A stretch of DNA of 64,000 nucleotides from an uncultured delta proteobacterium (GTDB taxonomy: Bacteria > Desulfobacterota > Binatia > UBA9968). The notes beneath the pieces are model-generated. The model ran no database searches. It was given only the letters and a program-made list of their open reading frames with translations, and was not told where the DNA came from. Below, one piece after another: positions 56,068 through 64,000 of the stretch. Within the stretch, counting starts at the first letter, position 1. The number at the start of each line of letters is the position of its first letter. The stretch is from the NCBI GenBank assembly GCA_963760795.1, contig CAVXEP010000035.1, forward strand, positions 46,872 to 110,871, given 5' to 3'. Made by a program: the position numbers and the translations under genes.

Positions 56068-57345
56068 CTAATTATCCGCTTCCCAGTATTTGTCTTTCTT
56101 CAGTTGCTCGACGACATACGTCTTGGGATCTCGGCGCGCGGGTATTGTCGTGGCAATGCAGGCGACGTGGCGGACGTCGGTTTGTGCGGCGGTGCGGATG
56201 ATGTGCGGCGGCTCTTTGCCGGCGGCGACGGCGCGGGCGGCGTTCAACAAAAACTTACGCACGGCGATCACCGTCATGTCGCTGACGCCCAGGTGTTCCT
56301 GGGAGCGGTCGTAGATCGGTCCCATGGTTTCGGTGGCGCAGGCGTCGTGGTTTAGAAAGATCGGCCCCATGCCGGTGAAGTTTTCTCGCCGCTGCTTTTC
56401 GCGGTCGATCAGATAGTTGTTTTGCAAATTGCGAATTTTTTTGAAGTCGGGACCGATCTCTTCGTCGTGTTGTCTTTCTTCAGGCTCGATCGCCCGGTTG
56501 CGGCGGAAGTGGATGTTGTAGCGCATGCTGTGGGTATCATCGACCGGCACATGGGAGTGGATCGTGTAGCCTTCAGGGTTGCCTTTGATGCCACCGGTAG
56601 GGACGAAGCCGTGGCAGGGCATGACGATGTTCGACACGCGCAGATAGACTTTGTCGGCGGCGATCTTGCGGCAGGATAACATGCGGATGCCGTAGTCCAT
56701 CTCGATGCCTTCCAGAGTCGGCGCGGTATCGGCGGCGTAAAGATCGCCGTCGCCGCCGCCGCGCGGCCGGTCGCCGGTAAAAGATCGGTGCAAGAACGAC
56801 AGGTGCGACGAGTCGCATTCGCCTTCGAGGCCTTGCAGCCAACTACAGTCTTGAATCGACCGGGTAACGTAGAGATTCTCCGGCGCCATGGTCATCCACT
56901 CGTAGTTGGGCAACAGCGGCTGCTTGTCCGGCGCGCCCATGTAGGTCCAAATCATGCCGCCAGCTTCTTTGCACGGGTAGGCCACCTGGCGCACTTTGTC
57001 TTTGAGCGTGCTGCCGGCGGGCTCCGCCGGCGTGTCGAGCACTTTGCCGTCGATGTCGTATTTCCAGCCATGATAAATGCAGCGCAGGCCGCATTCTTCG
57101 TTGCGGCCAAAAAACAGCGACGTGCCGCGGTGGGCGCAGTGTTCCTCGAGCAGGCCGACTCGGCCTTGAGTATCGCGAAACGCGACCAGATCTTCGCCGA
57201 GCAAGCGTACCCGCACCGGCGGGCAGTCGGGCTCGGGGATTTCTGAAGCGAGCAGCGCCGGTATCCAATAGCGGCGCATCAGTTGGCCCATCGGTTTGTC
57301 GCGGCTCACCAGGGTGAGCATGTCGTTTTCTTCGCGTGGCAGCAT
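56068..57345 (-). CDS. Rieske non-heme iron oxygenase (phthalate 4,5-dioxygenase/LigX-like)
   Basis: CAHRG...CIYHGW Rieske motif; EG..D.SH.SFLH mononuclear iron site. Confidence 0.9.
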   Translation of the reverse strand: MLPREENDMLTLVSRDKPMGQLMRRYWIPALLASEIPEPDCPPVRVRLLGEDLVAFRDTQGRVGLLEEHCAHRGTSLFFGRNEECGLRCIYHGWKYDIDGKVLDTPAEPAGSTLKDKVRQVAYPCKEAGGMIWTYMGAPDKQPLLPNYEWMTMAPENLYVTRSIQDCSWLQGLEGECDSSHLSFLHRSFTGDRPRGGGDGDLYAADTAPTLEGIEMDYGIRMLSCRKIAADKVYLRVSNIVMPCHGFVPTGGIKGNPEGYTIHSHVPVDDTHSMRYNIHFRRNRAIEPEERQHDEEIGPDFKKIRNLQNNYLIDREKQRRENFTGMGPIFLNHDACATETMGPIYDRSQEHLGVSDMTVIAVRKFLLNAARAVAAGKEPPHIIRTAAQTDVRHVACIATTIPARRDPKTYVVEQLKKDKYWEADN

Positions 57346-57375
57346 GTCTTGGTCCTTTTGATGGCTTAAAGTCGA

Positions 57376-58530
57376 TCAGCCGATTTTGAATTCTCCCGGA
57401 GCGATTTCGACGATGCGGTTTTTCGCCGGATCGCGGATCGTGCCGATGGGATCTTGGCCGGAGGCGATCGCCTCCATGGAGTCTTTGTAAAGCTTGCGCA
57501 GCATGATCACGCCTTTGTCCGACACGCCCAAGTGTTCGATGGTGCGGTCGCAAATCACCCCTTGGCTTTCTTGGGCGGCGCGGTCCTGGTCGCCGCGCGC
57601 CAGATAGCCGGTCGCTTCGTCGTAGCGGTACTGCCCCGGCGTGGCTTCGACCACGCCTTTGGTGGCGTTATCCGGCGGGATGGTGCCGGTCGGTTTGCCG
57701 TCGACCACCGGCGCGAAGTAGACGGTGAAATGCATCGTGTGGGTGTCGTCGGCGGGCACGCGCCAACGCAGAGCTTCGTAGCCCGGATGATTGGCCGACA
57801 TGCCGCAGGGATGGCTTTCCGGGACGTGGTATCCGGTCTTGTTCATGGTCGGCATGATGAAGTAGCTGAGCGTCTGATAGCGCTCACCGCCGCCGGTGCG
57901 CGCGAAGGTGTCACGAATGCCGTAATCGAAGTACTCCGAGGTCAGCACCGGATCGGTCCATTTTTTGGTATTGGGCGTGCGGTGCAGCCATTTGAAGTGA
58001 TGTTGATCGACGGTGTTCTCGACCATCTGTAAATAATTGCAGCTGGCGATGCGCCCTTGCAGCGAACGGATACCGTCCTCGCGCACCAGCACGTCGTAGC
58101 GCGGCAGTAGCGGCGCCGGCTCCGGACCCAGGTAGGCGAAGATCACACCGGCAAGCTCTTCGACTTTGTAGGATGGCTGGCGCACTTTGTCCTTGAAGTT
58201 GGCTTCGGCTGGCTCAGTAGGTTGTTCCAAACAGCGGCCGGTCACGTCGAACAGCCAGCCATGATAGCAGCAGCGCAGTCCGCCGTCCTCGATGTAGCCT
58301 AAATGCAACGAGGTGCCGCGATGGGGGCAGCGCGCGCCGATCAGGCCGAGCACGCCGTTCTCGTCACGGAATAAAACTAGATCTTCGCCGAGCAGCATGC
58401 GCCGTACCGGTTTGCCTTTGAGTTCGGCGGTGAAGCCGACCGGATGCCAGTAGCGGCGCATCATGGTGCCGCAGGGAGTGCCGGGGCCGACGCGGGTCAG
58501 GTCGGCGTTTTCTTGGGCGGTGAGTGCCAT
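57376..58530 (-). CDS. Rieske non-heme iron oxygenase (phthalate 4,5-dioxygenase/LigX-like)
   Basis: CPHRG...CCYHGW; EN..D..H..WLH; QD..AQESQG. Confidence 0.9.
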   Translation of the reverse strand: MALTAQENADLTRVGPGTPCGTMMRRYWHPVGFTAELKGKPVRRMLLGEDLVLFRDENGVLGLIGARCPHRGTSLHLGYIEDGGLRCCYHGWLFDVTGRCLEQPTEPAEANFKDKVRQPSYKVEELAGVIFAYLGPEPAPLLPRYDVLVREDGIRSLQGRIASCNYLQMVENTVDQHHFKWLHRTPNTKKWTDPVLTSEYFDYGIRDTFARTGGGERYQTLSYFIMPTMNKTGYHVPESHPCGMSANHPGYEALRWRVPADDTHTMHFTVYFAPVVDGKPTGTIPPDNATKGVVEATPGQYRYDEATGYLARGDQDRAAQESQGVICDRTIEHLGVSDKGVIMLRKLYKDSMEAIASGQDPIGTIRDPAKNRIVEIAPGEFKIG

Positions 58531-58614
58531 CTGGATGTCTCCTGCCTAGTGCGAAATTATCGAGGTCATTGGAAATAGTGTTTCACCACGAATGACACGA
58601 AGGTTTCGGAAGAA

Positions 58615-58639
58615 GGGCGCCGCATGCTGGCGCCCCTAC
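58615..58639 (-). repeat. GTAG-type REP palindrome
   Basis: Minus strand GTAG-GGGCGCC-agcatgc-GGCGCCC. Confidence 0.65.
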
Positions 58640-58700
58640 AGGCCCAATTGCTTTTTGTCCCCTTTGCGTTCTTTGCGGCCAATCTCTTCTTCTCTTCAGC

Positions 58701-59765
58701 TTACCTTGCGAACAGTTTCAATTTATCAGCCGGCAGACGAATGTAAACCTGCTGCGCCAGCGCGGTGCGCTGCGTCGTTTTGAAGCGTAACGGCTTGCCG
58801 TTCACCTTGACGTCGCACACCGTCAGTTCGCCGAGAAACGTCGATGCCAATACTTCAGCGGCAAATTCGTTTTCCAATCCGGTAGGCGCGGCGGCGATCT
58901 GCAACTCTTCGGGCCGGATGGCGACGCTCACGTTGCGCAAATTGCCATCGCCGACGGCGCAGACAAGCTTTCCTAAGTCGGTGTCGACTTGAGCGCCGTT
59001 GCCGACGACGCCGTCGATCAAGTTGGTCGAACCGAGAAACTCGCAGACCTCACGGCTCGATGGCCGGTCGTAGAGTTCCCGCGGCGGCGCGCACTGCAAG
59101 ACTTTTCCTTTGCTCATGACCGCGACACGGTCGGCCAGCGCCATGGCTTCGACCTGGTCGTGGGTGACGTAGAGCACGGCGATGCTAAATTTCTTCGCCA
59201 AGTTCTTGATCTCGTCGCGCACTTCTTCGCGCAGGCGGGCATCGAGATTGCTGAGCGGCTCGTCCATCAACAGCACTTTCGGTTCCACCGCGAGGGCGCG
59301 AGCCAAGGCGACGCGCTGTTGCTGGCCGCCGCTCAGGAATGGCGCGGGGCGGTCGGCGAGGCCGCCGAGTTGAACCAGCTCCAGCGCGTTCAGCACGCGC
59401 TTTTTGATGTCGGCGCGGGACAGCTTGTGCGGCCCATTGATCAACGGGAAGGCGACGTTGTCGTAGACCGTCATATGCGGCCAGACGGCGTAGGACTGGA
59501 AGACCATGCCGATGCCGCGCCCTTCGGGAGCGACAAAGAAGTTACGTTCGGCGGAACTGACCAGGACATTGCTGATGGCGATCTCGCCGCCGTCGGGCCG
59601 CTCCAAGCCGGCGACGCAGCGTAGGAGCGTGGTCTTGCCCGAACCGCTGAGCCCGAGCAGGACGAAGAACTCCTGGTCGCCGACATCGACGCTGACGCCG
59701 TCGACGGCATGCACCGCGTCGGTGCCGGACTTGTAGATCTTCAGTAAGTTTCTTATCGAAATCAT
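58701..59765 (-). CDS. ABC transporter ATP-binding protein (PotA/FbpC-like, TOBE domain)
   Basis: GLSGSGKT, LSGGQQQR, LLMDEPLSNLD, VTHDQ; start set at ATG 59765. Confidence 0.92.
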   Translation of the reverse strand: MISIRNLLKIYKSGTDAVHAVDGVSVDVGDQEFFVLLGLSGSGKTTLLRCVAGLERPDGGEIAISNVLVSSAERNFFVAPEGRGIGMVFQSYAVWPHMTVYDNVAFPLINGPHKLSRADIKKRVLNALELVQLGGLADRPAPFLSGGQQQRVALARALAVEPKVLLMDEPLSNLDARLREEVRDEIKNLAKKFSIAVLYVTHDQVEAMALADRVAVMSKGKVLQCAPPRELYDRPSSREVCEFLGSTNLIDGVVGNGAQVDTDLGKLVCAVGDGNLRNVSVAIRPEELQIAAAPTGLENEFAAEVLASTFLGELTVCDVKVNGKPLRFKTTQRTALAQQVYIRLPADKLKLFAR

Positions 59766-59872
59766 TTGTCGGCGCTTCCCGATACGTCGTCGCGGTCGCG
59801 CTGAGCACAAAATTCCAGCGCAGTTTTTATCACGCTGCCGGGGATTTGCAATCGACTCGCCCGCTTACGCCG

Positions 59873-60646
59873 TTAGTCGCCGGCATAGTGCAGGCGCCAG
59901 TAATAATTCGCCCAGCCAATATACTCGTGGAGGGTGGCGAACATTTTCGGCGCGGCGCCTTCGCTGGGAAAAAAGTTGAAGGGCGTAAAGTCAAATTCGC
60001 CAACGGAAAAGTCTCCGGGAGCGGGGATCGGTTCGGCCACCCGCGCGCCGAACACCAGCATGCTGCGCGGCATATGCAGCGCCGATGTGACCAGAAGATA
60101 GCGTTTCCAGCCATGCTTCTTCAAGACTTTTTGGCTCTCTAAGGCGTTCTCAAAAGTGTCGCGGGATTTTTCTTCGCCGATGACATCCTGCTTGGGCACG
60201 CCCCACTTGATGAGAAAGTCCCGGGCGATCTTGTTTTCGTCCATCGCCGGCGTGAACGGATTGACATGGCCGCCGGAAATAATGATCGGTTTGGGCTGGA
60301 TGCGATAGAGCCGCCAGGCCTCGTCGAGGCGGCGAAACATATGCTCGTCGATGGAGGGAAAGGGAATCAAGCCGGTCGCCGGATAGCTGCCGCTGGTGAG
60401 CACGACGATGGCGTCGTAAGCGCCGACTTTGCGCGGATCGAGCAGCGGCGGGTAGCGCGATTCTAATTGGTAGCGCAGCGCGTAGTTTAGCGGTCCGCAG
60501 TGGAGCGCCAAGGTGAGCAATATCGTGACGAAAAGCAGCTTGCGCGCCCAGCGGCGTTGCCAGAAGATCAACACCGCTAGCAGCATGAGCAGCCAGGGCA
60601 TGGGTGGCAGAAAAAGTGCTTTCAAGAACTGCTTGAGGGTGAACAT
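59873..60646 (-). CDS. YdcF/ElyC (DUF218) family protein
   Basis: AIVVL, IISGG, E..SRDTFENA, LVTSALHMPRS, HEYIG; start set at ATG 60646. Confidence 0.9.
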   Translation of the reverse strand: MFTLKQFLKALFLPPMPWLLMLLAVLIFWQRRWARKLLFVTILLTLALHCGPLNYALRYQLESRYPPLLDPRKVGAYDAIVVLTSGSYPATGLIPFPSIDEHMFRRLDEAWRLYRIQPKPIIISGGHVNPFTPAMDENKIARDFLIKWGVPKQDVIGEEKSRDTFENALESQKVLKKHGWKRYLLVTSALHMPRSMLVFGARVAEPIPAPGDFSVGEFDFTPFNFFPSEGAAPKMFATLHEYIGWANYYWRLHYAGD

Positions 60647-60751
60647 GGGTGTGGGGCAGTGCCGGAAGTCAGTGGTTCGGTAAGTCAGATTCGAATCTCG
60701 TTCGACTTGAGCTACCAACTCGAAACTCGGGACTGAAACTCTCACTACGCA

Positions 60752-61396
60752 TCACTCCGCGTCGGGCTGCTTTTCCGGGGCGGCGTTGGCAAAGGCTGGG
60801 ATCGCGTTGCAGTTTTTCTCAATTTCTAAAATCGTCGGGTACTTCGACAGATCGCAGCCGTAACGCCGCGCGTTGCCGAGCTGCGGGATTAAACAAACGT
60901 CTGCCAGCGTCGGCACGTCGCCGAAGCAGAACTTGCCGCGCTTGGGCTGGGCAACGATCATCTCTTGCAACGCCGCCAGTCCGAGGTCGATCCAGTGCTG
61001 CGCCCACTTGTTCACTTGCTCGTCGGTCTGGTTGTAGGTCGCTTTGACGTAGTTGAGCACGCGCAGATTCTGAATCGGGTGAACTTCGCAGGCGATCACC
61101 AACGCCATGCTGCGCACCAACGCTTTGTCGGCTGGGTCTTTAGGCAGCAACGGCGGATTGGGATGGGTTTCTTCGAGATATTCTATTATCGCCAGGGACT
61201 GGGTCAGAATCCTGCCGTTGTCCTCCAGCGTCGGTACCAGCGCTTGCGGATTGATCGCCGTGTACGCCGGCATCAGTTGCTCGCCGCCGCCGCGGCGCAA
61301 ATGAATCGGCGCCTGTTCGCAGTCGATGGCTTTCAAATTTAACGCGATGCGCACGCGGTAGGAAGCGGAGCTGCGGAAGAATGTGTAAAGCTTCAT
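60752..61396 (-). CDS. maiA: Maleylacetoacetate/maleylpyruvate isomerase (GST zeta)
   Basis: RSSASYRVRIAL.LK, NPQ.LVP, QSLAIIEYLEE, HPIQNL.VL, PE.QPDA. Confidence 0.92.
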   Translation of the reverse strand: MKLYTFFRSSASYRVRIALNLKAIDCEQAPIHLRRGGGEQLMPAYTAINPQALVPTLEDNGRILTQSLAIIEYLEETHPNPPLLPKDPADKALVRSMALVIACEVHPIQNLRVLNYVKATYNQTDEQVNKWAQHWIDLGLAALQEMIVAQPKRGKFCFGDVPTLADVCLIPQLGNARRYGCDLSKYPTILEIEKNCNAIPAFANAAPEKQPDAE

Positions 61397-61410
61397 AAGA
61401 CCTCGGGTTG

Positions 61411-61488
61411 CGGAGTTGGAGTAAGGGAGTACTGGAGTACTGGGTTTCCGGACCCAACACTGCACCACTCCAGTACTCCATCACTCCG
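61411..61488. repeat. Palindromic array of 8-nt repeats
   Basis: (GGAGTAnT)x~4, gggtttccggaccc, then (AnnACTCC)x~4. Confidence 0.8.
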
Positions 61489-61491
61489 GAT

Positions 61492-62481
61492 TTATTGAAA
61501 GTATTTTCTGTATTCCTTGCGCTTCTCGGCCATCATGTTGGCGTCGGGTTCGTCCATCTCGACGACTTGGATTTTGTCGGCGTCGGCGAGGGGTGGGTGA
61601 ATGCCTTTGCGGGTGACGAACTCGCCGGACTTTGCCATCACTCTTAGGCTTTCGTCGCTGTAGAAGTAATCGAGAAACGCCTTGGCGGCATTGGGCCTTG
61701 CGGCGCGGCTGCTCATGGCGATGGCGTGGCCGTGGCTGAGCATCTTGTCTTGCCTGACGTAGTCCAGCGGCGCGCCCTTTTGGCCGAAGACGATGACGTA
61801 TTTCAAGTAAGTAATCGCGATCGGCGTCTCGCCGGTGGTGACACGCTCGGCGGCGGGCAACACGCCTTCGACGATCACCGGTTTGCTGGCGCCGAGATCG
61901 CGCAGGTATTTGTCGGCGCGATCCTTGCCCATGAGTTTGTAAAGGCTCATGGGCCACATGATGGCGACGGCGCCGCGGGAGGGATCGGGAAAGGCGAGCT
62001 TGCCGCGGAACTCGGGCTTCAATAAATCCTCCAGCGACTTTGGCGCTTTTTCTGGGCTAATAATGCTCTTGTTATAGACGATGCCAACGATCGATGTGCG
62101 GTAGCTCGGGCCGAGCTGCGGATGTTGAAATTCAGCGGCGAAGTTTTTCGCCATCGGCGAGTCGTATTTCGCCAGCGCGCCTTCGGCGAGCAGGATTTCC
62201 ATCGGGCCGGCATTGTTGAGCACCAGATCATAGCCAACTTTGTTGGCGCGCTTTTCACTCGACGCGCGTTCGAGCACGGTGGCGCCGGCGGCACGCCAGT
62301 AGTCGACCTTGATGCCGGTTTTCTTTTCAAATCCCTGCTGAACGCCGTCGAAGATGTCGGTCTCCATGGAGCCGTAGATGACGACCTTGCCATCTTTCTT
62401 GCCTTCGGCGACCAGTTTGGCATCCTGGGCGAGAAGGTGAGACGGGAGACAGAGACAGAGCAAGCCGATCAGTATGCGCAT
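61492..62481 (-). CDS. Extracellular solute-binding protein (Fe3+/polyamine family)
   Basis: Signal peptide, K.DGKVVIYGS, YN......APKS.EDLL.P..RGK, PNAAK.F.DY; start set at ATG 62481. Confidence 0.85.
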   Translation of the reverse strand: MRILIGLLCLCLPSHLLAQDAKLVAEGKKDGKVVIYGSMETDIFDGVQQGFEKKTGIKVDYWRAAGATVLERASSEKRANKVGYDLVLNNAGPMEILLAEGALAKYDSPMAKNFAAEFQHPQLGPSYRTSIVGIVYNKSIISPEKAPKSLEDLLKPEFRGKLAFPDPSRGAVAIMWPMSLYKLMGKDRADKYLRDLGASKPVIVEGVLPAAERVTTGETPIAITYLKYVIVFGQKGAPLDYVRQDKMLSHGHAIAMSSRAARPNAAKAFLDYFYSDESLRVMAKSGEFVTRKGIHPPLADADKIQVVEMDEPDANMMAEKRKEYRKYFQ

Positions 62482-62526
62482 AGAGATTTCCAACTGTAGG
62501 GGGGACAGCATGCTGCGCCCGTTGCC

Positions 62527-63495
62527 TCAGGCCGCCAGTTCCACCGAGGTGACGAACGGCAGGCCGCTGGCGACTTCACGCGCGCCGCTGTCGTCGACCA
62601 GCAATAAAGTGCCGTCGGAGGTGCCGGCGATCATGCCACTACCCTCGGGCGTCGGGCAGAGGTGCATGACGCCGCCGTTTAGATTGTCGATGACGGTGTC
62701 CCAAGTCTTGCCTTTGTCGCTGCTGCGCAGGATCGCCGACATGGCGCCTTCGTCGCGCAGCCAGAGATTGGGCCGGCCGCGGGCGGCGCCGACGTAGAGG
62801 ACGCCGTGGTTATCTTCGGCGACGGAGATGCCGTAGTCATGATTTTTCGGCGAAATATTTTCCCAGTGGCCGGCGCGATCTGGACTGCGGAAGCAGGCTT
62901 CGCCGCAGGCGAGAAAAACCATGCCGCTGTGTTGCTCGGAGGCGAGGATCTCATGGATGTCCATGTCGGTGAGCCCTTCGTTGCAGGGCTCCCAGCCGCG
63001 GCCGCCGTCGTCGCTCAACACCATGCCGCCGACTTCGATGCCGGCGTAGAGGCGATTCTTGTTTTCCGGCTCGCAGGCGAGGTAGCGCGTGCGCGACTGC
63101 AATTCCGGACTCGGCGGGAAGTTGGCGCCGGCACTGTGCAAGCGCACGCCTTCAAGTTCCTCCCAGCCGCCGTTCTTGCTGCGGTACACGGCGGATGGGA
63201 TCGTGCCGACCATAACGCCGCCGTCGATGGCCAGCGCCGAGTAGAGAAACATCTTCGGCACCTGCGGATCGGCGCGGTGCCAGTGGGCGCCGGCATCTTT
63301 GGTATAAAAGAGTCCGGAGTGTTCGGTGCCGGCGTAGATGGTCTTGGGATCTTCCGGGTCCACGGTCATGCAGGTGAGCGTCCAGTAACTCAAGCCGCGC
63401 TTGGTCTGGGTGAACTGCTTACCGTTCTGTTCGAAACGGTACCAGCCGGAAAATGTCGCGACATGCAAGGCCTTCTTGCCATTGGTCCCGCTCAT
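62527..63495 (-). CDS. BNR/Asp-box beta-propeller protein
   Basis: Repeated S/T.D.G..W Asp boxes (TKDAGAHW, SDDGGRGW, SPDRAGHW, SSDKGKTW). Confidence 0.8.
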   Translation of the reverse strand: MSGTNGKKALHVATFSGWYRFEQNGKQFTQTKRGLSYWTLTCMTVDPEDPKTIYAGTEHSGLFYTKDAGAHWHRADPQVPKMFLYSALAIDGGVMVGTIPSAVYRSKNGGWEELEGVRLHSAGANFPPSPELQSRTRYLACEPENKNRLYAGIEVGGMVLSDDGGRGWEPCNEGLTDMDIHEILASEQHSGMVFLACGEACFRSPDRAGHWENISPKNHDYGISVAEDNHGVLYVGAARGRPNLWLRDEGAMSAILRSSDKGKTWDTVIDNLNGGVMHLCPTPEGSGMIAGTSDGTLLLVDDSGAREVASGLPFVTSVELAA

Positions 63496-63584
63496 GAGGG
63501 TCTCCTTACGGCGATGCGCCGAGTGAATTTTGCCTTAGTATTAACTCGACAGGGGGTTCAATCGCAAATGGGAAAAATCGTGAA

Positions 63585-63995
63585 TCACTTCTTGGCATGC
63601 AGGTCACGCTTGACTTGTTCGATCGCCTCGTCCAGCCACAATTGAAATCTTCGGCTTGCTGACTCTTCGGCAAACGGTCGTGAGCGGGCAGATTGAAGAA
63701 TCTCCAGGGATTGCGGTGTTGCAAATGCTACCAGGCCGTCGAGCGCTTGTTGCCACGCTTCTTCTTCCGCGCCGTGGAGTACTTCGCTGAGAAAAGGCAG
63801 TACCGCTTCTTCATGGCGTTCCCAGGCTGCTTTGACCAGGAAGGCGCGAATGCCGGAACTTTGTTCATCCCTGAAAGTCTCGATCAATGCCGGCAGGATG
63901 TCGCCAGGCAACTCAATCAGAGTGAAAAACGCCGACTCTTCGTCTCCCGCCCGAAACGTCTCGACAATAGCTTCGATTTCGCGCGCCAACGACAT
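63585..63995 (-). CDS. HEAT-repeat-like hypothetical protein
   Basis: ILPALIE, AVLPFLSEVL...WQQALDGL helical repeats; a TAG lies immediately before its ATG. Confidence 0.65.
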   Translation of the reverse strand: MSLAREIEAIVETFRAGDEESAFFTLIELPGDILPALIETFRDEQSSGIRAFLVKAAWERHEEAVLPFLSEVLHGAEEEAWQQALDGLVAFATPQSLEILQSARSRPFAEESASRRFQLWLDEAIEQVKRDLHAKK

Positions 63996-64000
63996 CTAAC

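Overview
GC-rich bacterial chromosomal window with about 60 densely packed CDS and no rRNA, tRNA, CRISPR array or intact transposase that I can see. The gene mix (several NMT1/SsuA-type substrate-binding proteins, UbiD decarboxylases, LigX-type Rieske oxygenases, cupins, dienelactone hydrolases) resembles Ca. Binatota / Deltaproteobacteria-like genomes; this is inference only. Core genes: proC, mscL, gluQ, dksA, rimO, lolA, ftsK, rnj, plsC, ssb, mazG, aguBA, rmuC, maiA. Best candidates for an undescribed system: (1) a QseE/QseG/QseF (GlrK-QseG-GlrR)-like triad whose lipoprotein has a long heptad coiled-coil and a signal peptide overprinted on the kinase 3' end, followed by a ~175-nt structured RNA candidate and a sigma54-type promoter in front of a coiled-coil OmpA lipoprotein; (2) a self-contained sigma54 module (GAF-PAS activator, palindromic UAS, -24/-12 promoter, ferritin-like diiron protein, ACAD-fold flavoprotein); (3) a ~230-nt structured leader before mscL. 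Also seen: a partial UbiD and a DUF72 pseudogene missed by the ORF track, two single-base frameshifts, a nested MITE/REP element and several short-period intergenic repeat families. All RNA folds were paired by eye and all family names are from motif recognition, not database searches.
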